From the NCBI GenBank assembly GCA_012295275.1, contig CM022672.1, positions 27,466,001 through 27,530,000 on the forward strand: 64,000 nucleotides of DNA, written 5' to 3'. Below are positions 54,459 through 64,000 of this stretch, piece by piece. The notes beneath the pieces were generated by a model, which was given only the letters and a program-made list of their open reading frames with translations, did not search any database and was not told the origin of the DNA. Position 1 is the first letter of the stretch. Each line of letters opens with the position of its first letter. The DNA comes from Chrysomallon squamiferum. Lineage: Eukaryota > Animalia > Mollusca. The position numbers and the translations under genes are program-made.

Positions 54459-56916
54459 AAGTTGCAGAGCAGTTGCTGCAGAATCTTATTTAAAAACAAA
54501 AAAAAGACACCCATAGTTAGATACTTGTCCAGTCTTTAGAGTATTGTGCTGATAAAAAAAAAAAAAATTTAATAATGACTTTTCTGTCATGTACATTGTT
54601 TACTTATGCTAATACATTAAGTTCTGTTTATTCTTTTTTTTTTTTTTTTTTTTTTTTTTTCAACTCTGTGGTATTTTCATGATGATTTGAAGGAAATATT
54701 TCAGCAGTTACAGAACTTTGTCAAAAACAAGACACTGTGAACTTTGATATTGTTTATAGTTCTGTAAAGTGCAGACTTTAATTTATAATTAATTTGCTTG
54801 GATTCAGTTTGAATTATTTCTTATGTTAATTAGTTGTAATCAGAATAAAAACAGTATTAGACTGATCATCGTGTTACTGTAAAATAATTATGATAAAATA
54901 TATGAACCTGAAGTCAGTTATACAGTACAAAAGGTGTTTCCCAGCTGGCATTTTATAAATCCAGGGATAGTTATACAGGTAAAAGACGCCTTGATCACTA
55001 TTCCATGATGTTTAGTAACTAGTCCAGTGTGGAAAAAAAGAAGATAAAAAAACAAAATATTTCCCCTTGCTCTTTTGAAGTGCATTAGTGTCAAAAACAG
55101 CTAATTTCCAAGAGGCTGGTATCAGGAAATAATTAATAGCTTAGTAATTTACATGTGGAAAACTGATATGTCATCTTACAAGGTAATATTTTGAATTATT
55201 ATGTATTTGGTGAAAAACAGCTGGGAAAAGAGTTTATTATAACTAAACAATACCTTTTGAATTTTAAATTAGAATTAACATTATTTTGATTGTTGGTTCA
55301 TTATTTCTAAATGAAAGATTAATGTTTCTTTTCTTTATTGTAATCTCATTTTTTCTTCTTCTCCATCTGTTTTGTTTTTGTCTGGTTTAATGTTAAATAT
55401 TTTCTCCCAACAACCTTTTTAACTTGATTGAACTTAAGTAGCAAAATAAATAAAAGTACTGTTGATGGGTTCTTCAAGAATGTGGACATGTTGCTTTAGT
55501 TATGTTGAAAACTGATGTGTTTCTTGTAGTAATAGACATTTTGAGATGCCAAATATTTGTTCACAGAAGGCTGAAAGATAAACTAAATTTTATATTACAG
55601 TTATCATGTCAGTTTTTATATTACATGTAAAATGTTAATGTCAGTTCTAAATAAAATTAATAATGAATAACATTTTTTAAAGTGTATTTTGTTTGAAATA
55701 ACCCATATTATATTGCATACACTAAAATACACAAATTAGTAAACAGTTCATTAAAAATGATTGAAATCTAAACAAAAACGGTATACTGTAAATAAAATGG
55801 CTGCTTAGACTTCAAATGTGATGCTTCCACCAATTCAAGAAAAAAAATAGTAGATGAAAACATGCTAAGACAGACCAGATATTCTGTTATAACTTAGTAC
55901 TGTGACTGCTAATGAAGTCAAAATCAGGACTGTTCTGAAGATAAGCAAGAACACATGAGAAAGTATTTTTGGTGGGTTTTTAGTATTAATAAATTCTGTA
56001 GAAAATGAAAGAAATCAAATGTAAATATTATAAATATTTCTCATAGATTAACATGGAAAAAATGCTTCAAATTTCAAAATAGGCAGAGAGTATATGAACT
56101 GAAATACAGAATAGAGAATTCTTATTCTATTACTTTTTATTTTACAATTTTTTTTTAGATATTGAGGCAATATGCTCATAGTACTAATTTAAGAATATAT
56201 CTTGGCACTATACTATATATAATCGGGGAAAAAAGAAAAAAGAGAAAAACTATTACTTTTTGCATCCTGTAATAGTATTCTTATCCTTAAAATACTTTGC
56301 TTATTTTAAAAATATATGGAAACTATCGTTATTTATTCATGTAGTGGTTTAAGACCTATGATGAAATTTGTACTTTTTGATTTACAAGCAGCATTGACCT
56401 TACTGGTTTTGTATTACATTTGTATTTCTTACATCACTAACACTATCCATTTTAAGTTTAAATTGGTTATTATTTTTCCAGGTATGTCTGGAAGAGAACA
56501 TATGAATGTGGAATATATAAAAGTCTGATTTCCTAATTTTAATAATTTCAACTTCCATTTTGATAAATTGTCCCCAGTACATACTGGTACTTTTTAAAAA
56601 TATCACTAACATTGAAATATTTAAAGTGTGTATGAAAATTCAAGAAACTGTTATTAATTTCTTCATTGATTATTAGTCATTTTGCGTTTGTGTATGTGTA
56701 TGGTATGTACCTAAATGAAAATAAAATGTGCATCTTAAATATTTTAAGTCTGTCTTAAATGTTTGTTTTAGTGATTTATTTAATTTATTTATTTATTTAT
56801 TTATTTATTATATTTTTTTAAAAGTAAGGAATTTCCTCAGAAGGTTAAGGTTAATTCTGTTAAAGGTGAACCATTTCAATATTTTTTTTAAGTTTCATTT
56901 TGTTTATTATTTTCAG

Positions 56917-57178
56917 GGTTCTTCAATTCTTGGAAGTGACCCAGAACTAGCAGGAAAATTCCCTACTGTTTTAGTTGACAAAGATGGTCTGTTAGAAGCG
57001 GAAAGAAGAGCTGTTTTCAGTCGTGATCCACCAAGTGCTTTGCTCAACCTTGTCATAGACCTTGTGTTCACTCCAGTGGAGTTGGCTAATTCAACAGGAC
57101 TGGGGATCAAACCACGGAGAAGTGGAGCAGATCCCAACAAGCAGCCCCTTGATCCTGTCAAAGTGGACGCCATTAAAG
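56917..57178 (+). CDS. Alternative exon 5: N-terminal ~3/4 of a BEN DNA-binding domain
   Basis: ttattttcag acceptor at 56916, phase 0; ...PPSALLNLVIDLVFTPVELANSTGLGIKPRRSGADPNKQPLDPVKVDAIK, matching the BEN pattern L-x2-LF-x3-L-x2-S-x2-G...LDP-x-K-x2-AIK; likely donor AAAG|gtttgt at 57178 (phase 1). The completing exon was not found. Confidence 0.75.
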
Positions 57179-58614
57179 GTTTGTTTCTTACTTGTTTTCC
57201 TCCATGACAGTCAGATTTATCACACCAATGCCATCTGGTTTATTTATGCATTTACAAGGATTTAAAAAAATAAAAATAATTAATAATAAATAAATAATAA
57301 TAATAATAATTAAATGAAGATGTTAAATAAATACAAAAAATATAAATGTGAATCAACATTAAATACACTTTTCCTGACATAATATATCCTTTAAAAATTT
57401 ATTTGGATTAATTTTTGAGAAAGATATAGTAATCCAATATTTTAGTCCAGCCAGACATACATTAATAAGAGTAGCCACATTTATGTAAGTGCAGATGTAC
57501 AACATATTTGGGTTTTTTTATTTTTTATTACAAATGTAGTTGGTGTCAGAGATTTTTAAACAAATGTTTTAACTAAAATAACACTGTATTAATTTATTGG
57601 GTAAATGATACAGTGATAACTAGTTTCAGTCATTTCACTGTAATTTATTATTAATTTAATTTATTTATTTATTGAAATGAGAAAGAAGAAAACAATTATA
57701 TTAATATCTGTGGGTCTGCAAGTTTAGTTTAATTTTAAAAATGCATTGGTCTAGTTCATAAGAAGTTACTGCAAAATTTACAAATAAATAATACTACTTA
57801 CATTATTGTGAGGATTTTAGAATATTTTTATTTTTATATTTTTTTCATTTTTTTTTTATTTTGGCTTAGCTTGACAGTAAGAATTTTATTACTTAAATTG
57901 TTCAGTCATTATTTGCATTTTTAAAATAACTTATTAATAATAACTAGTCCTTTATTAATGATGTTAAAGTACCATAACTAAATAAGTGACAAATGATAAA
58001 ATTTAAAAAGGAATCTGCACTTGAAATGACACATTGATAATGCTTGAAAATTTGTTAAGAATGCTACAAGTAAAACGTTTATTTTTGGCTTCTTTTTTCC
58101 TTTTTGTATATATATTTAAGAAGTTAAATTTGCATATGATAGTTTTCATGAATTAAGTAATTAAGAAACAGAATGATTCAAATAAAATGCAGTGTAGAAA
58201 TGCCTCTAGTCATATTTCTAAATGGTTAAATTAAGTAATTTATTTGCACTGATCAGCATAATAAATGGATGAAACCTTTGGACATTCATCAATTAGATTG
58301 TTTGTATAAAATTTGGCTGATTAATTCATTGTTAGTCAGATTTTCACTGGTTTACTTTAAGATAAAACAATGCAAAGAGGTTATGAACATTTTAAATGTA
58401 TTTTTAAAAAATAATTATTAACAATTACACTCAAAAAATTAAGAAAATAAATCAAAGTTTTAAAATTTCAAGTGTCATAAGATGACAGTTTTACTTTGTG
58501 ATTATGTGAGGCTGAAGGTTAGGAAAAAAAAAAGTATTCTAATTAATATTTAATATCCTGCCAGTTATAAAAATCCACTTACATGAAGACTTCTTAAATT
58601 TTTATTTATTTAAT

Positions 58615-58618
<4 letters not shown>

Positions 58619-58646
<28 letters not shown>

Positions 58647-58678
58647 TATATATATATATATAAAAAAAAAAAAAAAAA

Positions 58679-58722
<44 letters not shown>
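58619..58722. repeat. Duplicated (A)n-tg-(TA)n unit
   Basis: Two tandem copies of poly(A) followed by tg(ta)n. Confidence 0.9.
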
Positions 58723-58726
<4 letters not shown>

Positions 58727-61700
58727 AATATAAAAAATAAATTATATATATAAATATATAAATAGATAGATTGATAGATTTTGGCTGGAATATCCTTTTA
58801 GTTTTTCTGTGCAGTTAATATGTAATTTCATATTAATTTTCAATTTAAAAAAATACAAAAAGTAATAATAATTGTAATGCAGATTTCAGTGTGCTTTGCA
58901 TCATACTTGAAAACAGAACATTTAATTAAATCCTTCAGTAAAAAATGATCACAGCTTTGTTACATAACAAGATTGAAACGAAATAATTTAACACAAAAAA
59001 AAAAGAAAAAGAAAGTAGAAATAATTATAATAATAATAAATATAAAAAATAAATAATAAAAAATAATAAAAACATAATTTATTATTTCAGAATAGTAATT
59101 AAACTCCATTACCAAGACCATCTTTGGGTTTTTCCTCCTGATTATATACAGCTACAACTTTTATTATTAGTACTCATATTTGTAATGACCATATTGTCTC
59201 AATGTCTTAAACAATAAGACAGATACAATTAGCAGATTTAAGCATTATTTACATTACTTTGACATAGCTGCTGCATAAACTCTTTTTGCAAATGATTCAA
59301 AATATTAATACTTACTGAATATGATTGCTTTCAAATTTTCACCACAGTGTCACTGAATTTATCTCTTCAAACTTAATGATATATAAAACTCTGAGGCAAT
59401 ATCATACAATTAATTTTTGGCTTCAAGTTAGTTAGGTAATTTGTTGGTTTTAGTTTTTAACTTCCTTGTACAGATTTATATTATTATTACAGTATTTGAA
59501 TAAAAAAATTTGAATAAAAAAAACATTTATGCCATAGGTATTTAATTGTGTAAAAAAGAAAAGAAAGAAAAACTCACTGTTTGACAGACTCAAATGGTCA
59601 TCACAGAGAACAGATATTATGGATTCTCTGTTACAGTAAAATTTAATGTTTGTAAAGGAATACATGTTAAGAAATTTTCCTGCAAAAGACTTTAACAGTT
59701 GTAATCAATTATGAAAATAGTTGATTTTAGCCAGAGCATTTTATATAAGAAAATAAAAGAAAAAGAAGAGAAAAAAAGATCTTTATAGTGGAGTATGGCT
59801 ATGTCAAAGTTGTGTTATTAAAATCTGGTGGCTTTGGTGTGATTCTAATCTGACTGTTATCTTATTATTTGAAGATGCTCTCTGCCATTTTAATTTTGTT
59901 AAATTTTATTTTAATTTTTTTTGGGGGGGGTATTTTTTATTTATTTATTTTATTAACTATTTTGTCTTCATTGTTTTGTTTTTTTTACATTATTATTATT
60001 ATTATTTTTTGTTATGTTTGGTGGTTTTGGGGGGGGAAGCTGTGTTTCCTGAGAAAAATAAAGGTCATTTCAAGAAAGTTATATCCAATTCATACAAGTT
60101 GAAAGGTTTTTCAGTATATTTATGGGTCATTAAAATGAAAATGAAAGAAGTTATTAAAGCAGTTGATAGTTACAAGCCTAAAAGTTTGTTTTTTTACAAA
60201 AATTAAGTTAATATATTATTCTAAGAAAGAATCTTCATTTGTGAAATGTAACTATAATTTAGAATTTTAAATAAATTACATTTTCATTGTAATGGAGTGA
60301 CAAAAAAATAAATAAAAATACATTTGCATATAAATGATTTTTGTAATTAACTGATTTAAAAAAAAAAAAAAGAAAAAAAGACATTTTTAAAGTTTTTTTT
60401 ACACTTTTTTTACATGAAATGTTGCATAATGGAATCACCAGTTTTGTATTTGGCATTTTCTGTCAGTGTTAAGAAACTGATCTTTTCATTTATTAATATA
60501 ATTTATTATGGTTATTATTATTATTTTGCTGTGTCTATCTCAGTCATTATAGTACTACACATTGTGTCCCATGTAAATTTTAAATAACTGTAAACTTGTG
60601 TAACAGAAAAAAGCAGACACTTAGACCAGATGTCTGATGAAATGGTTTAAAACCTTTCTTTTAATGACCAAAGGAACGTTTTAATAATAATAAAAAAATA
60701 AAAAATAAATAAATAAAATAAAAAATTAAACTTTGCTCTGAAAGTTTTATTTGCTTTTATATTTTGCTTTTTCAAATCACATGATGCAAGTTTGTTATTC
60801 AGAAGAACCGCTCTTTTGCAGAGAGAAAATATATATAAAATTATGTTCCTGATTTTAAAAGAAATACCCATTAATATAAATAATTAAATAAATAGATAAT
60901 AAAAATATTATTACTTCTAATAAATAACATTACTAATAACACGAAAGAAAGTCATCATACATTAATTGTAATTGAAAATTGTCTTAATTTGTTGATGACA
61001 AGAATCAATAAATAAAATCAAAGCTATGGAAGAAAACTAATTAGATCAAATAGATAAATTATTAATGGAAACATTCTCTTTAACAGTATTAAAAATTGAT
61101 AATAAAATAATAATGAATTAAATATTTATATTTTTAAGCAGCATCAGTATTCTGTATTAGAATAAGAACTGTAAATTGAAGTATATGGTTTTAAATTCAG
61201 TGGAGAGTTTTGAAATGATAATGATTAATGACAAAGGGTGGATAACATAATCTAGAGAAAATAGCATACTAAAGTTTGATTTTAATTTCAGAACACGATT
61301 TCTGTACTGAATATACCACATTTGTCATAGAATCCATATCATAGATTAATGATGTCAAAGATCTTACAAGTAAACCATTTGCAAGTGAATATATATTTAA
61401 TATATTATTATTATTATTATTGAATCTATAATAACCATTGTCATCTATTTAAACTTATTTTAATTATTTTATTTATTTATTTATTTATGTATTTATTTAT
61501 TTATTTATTTAGTTGAATCAGATTATTCAGAATTTCCTAGTGTTCAGAGGGCATCTTCACTATTTATAAGATCAAATTTCTTTTAATATATCATGTATAA
61601 TATTTCATGTAATACCATGTATTTTAGAATGATTGCATCCAGGTTTGATATAGGATAATTTTTCCTTAAGAAAATATATATTTAGCCAGTTACACCTTAT

Positions 61701-64000
61701 TTTAAATTTTTCATTCATATTATAGTGATAGTATGTTCCACATGATTTGAATTATCATGACTGTTAGACATAGTATCATTTTTTAAGTAGTGGCTAAAGA
61801 TTTTGTTTAATGCCTGTGATGGAAATACAAAAAGAATGAAAACATTCAAATTTAGCAAGTCCTTCCTCATTACATAGCAAATGTTTTGCATATAATAATC
61901 CTTTTTCAAAAAGAAATACCATGGATAAGAAGGAGGTTATTGATAGTGTAGTTTGAATAAATTATCTGTACAGGATTTCAGCTGCAAGAAAAGATGTTTA
62001 TACACTAATTACATTGTCTGCTCGAACACAATTTTGTCAGTCTCTTGTCTCTTACACCAAGAATAATTTGAAAATAAGGGAACATGTTTGAAGATTCAGT
62101 AAACTATCTACTTCACCTCTTCTGACAGTTATATTTCACTGGATCAGTTGAATCATCAGTACTGTAGTTTTATTTCAGTGAATATTCAGCTGTGTAGATT
62201 TGGTGTCTGGTAACACTGATACCTGTTTAAAACTGTAATATGTATCATATTTCATTTTGGTTTGTCTTGTAGAATTCCATCACACTGAGAGCAATGATAA
62301 TATTCAGAATTCTGTTTGTTCTTATGATAATACGGATAGTATGAATTGTAATACAAGTTCTACGTCAAAATAACATGTTTGTCATTGGTTCCAAGTGAAT
62401 TGCTGTAAGTTAATAAAACAAACATGACTAAAGTGAAAGAAATATTAATTTTAAAAAAAGCTGGAACGTTAATAAGCAAGCTGCTGGCAAAATTTACAAC
62501 AGCAAATACTAAATCTTTTCTGATGATTAAGAAGATTGTAACATTTTACTGTTTCTTTACTAAATGAAAAATGTATATTAGTCACTTTTGTAATATTACT
62601 CCAGTGAACATTTGTCTTTGCCTTGACACAGTCAGCCATGAACTGAAGGTTCCTGTTTTTAAAATTAGAATGTTCACAGCTGAAGTTATCTGATGATAAT
62701 TTTTGTGTATTAAATTTTATTTCTGAGATTAGCTCAAATTAATGAAAATGTTTTGATTATGTAGGTGGCACTATGTTTTGATCAGGCCTACAAGTGATTA
62801 TGTGAAAGAACTTTACAGTGTAATTGCCCATGATGTTTATATTTGCCTCAAATGTATATGTTTGTAACCTTTTTTCTATTATAATGTAGCATTTCTTTTC
62901 AGCAGTTCAATAGCTTTATATTCTGAAGTGATTAATACCATTACTCTTCAAATACACTTCTTAATATTAATAAGTGTAATTAGACAAAATAAATTGAAAT
63001 GCATACGTATACATGTATGCACATGCACATCAGCCAATTCATTTTCATCTCATCTATTCACATTTCTGGGCTTGAACACATTCACATTTGTCATTTAATT
63101 CAATATTTCTTTACTATAGCCATTTGTAATATTGTACTACTAATAAAATAATGTTGACCAAAAATACAAATTAGTTTAAACAGACAAAATGATTATATTC
63201 TTATTATGTTTCTTTATTTTGTTGATATCTTATTTTTATGTGTTTTTATTGGAGAGGGGTTTGAGAATCTTGTACAAATACCTGAAAAAAAATAATAACT
63301 GGAGGGAACTTGCGTGTCTGTATTTTGTCAAAATCAGTGTTTCACCACTGGTAATTCTGATGGTGGTAATTATGACACTGTTTGATTTATTTGTTCATGC
63401 TGCTCTTCTTGTTGGTGATAACTGCAAGGTTCTTTATTAATTTTGTTCAAAGAAAATGGTATCAGTGGCTTTGGTGGATTATTTAGTAATCTATAATGCT
63501 TTGGAAACACTGAAGGCATGGATTAACATATTAGATAATCTATGATGAATTATTATTATTATGTCATCTTGATTATTTAAAAAAAAAAAAAAAATGTTGA
63601 ATCCATCAGTCTGTGGGGATAAAGTTGTCTTAAGACTTTGTGTTTCTATAACATATAGTTTGTGTGTGAATAATTGTTAAACAGAACACACACATACAAA
63701 AATGAAAATTAATATCTTTGTTAATTAGATGTAAGAAAAGACTAACAATATTTATTTTCATACTGAGAAAATATTGTAAAAGCTGTTTGAACCTAATTGT
63801 TTTGCATCTTCTTCCTTGGTGTACCTAAATGGAATTACAGGAGGCAAAAAAACCCAACAACAACAACAATAACAATAATTAAATAATAAATAAAACCATA
63901 TATGATTGTTTTTAATAACATGCTATATCTGGCTATTTATCTCAGAACGATTTACAGAACTTTACTGTTTCATATAATACATGTATAGAAATACGAGTAT

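Noticed and set aside
62273-62373. Phase-1 open segment (EFHHTESNDNIQ...TSK*) as the exon completing the BEN domain
   Set aside because: The acceptor and phase fit, but the peptide is polar and lacks the basic amphipathic BEN terminal helix; unsupported without transcripts.

Overview
AT-rich, microsatellite-laden, intron-containing animal DNA, most likely mollusc/lophotrochozoan (inferred from gene content). About 1-18 kb has no credible coding exon, only simple repeats and GC-richer, motif-dense islands. Three spliced genes were reconstructed by hand from GT-AG boundaries with consistent phases. (1) KAT7/HBO1 MYST histone acetyltransferase (+, 13 exons, 18543-25465, 759 aa), whose N-terminus carries a 30-aa repeat with five MDC1-like SDTD motifs. 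(2) A secreted Pif/LamG-like protein (-, 7 coding exons, 33624-29973, 445 aa), whose single laminin-G/ConA-like domain is split by a ~220-aa polar insert. (3) The most striking feature: a + strand locus with two constant exons (40863-42202; unnamed N-terminal domain plus SUMO/SIM-type linker) ending in a phase-0 donor, followed by an array of phase-0 alternative exons that each encode a different DNA-binding domain. These are four stop-terminated Pipsqueak-type HTH exons (46842, 48860, 51918, 54255) and a BEN-domain exon (56917). This is a mod(mdg4)/lola-like 'one constant head, many swappable DNA-binding tails' system built without a BTB domain. Three of the four HTH exons are invisible in the supplied ORF track, and the array probably continues past the window end. 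All splice models are inferred from sequence alone and need transcript confirmation.
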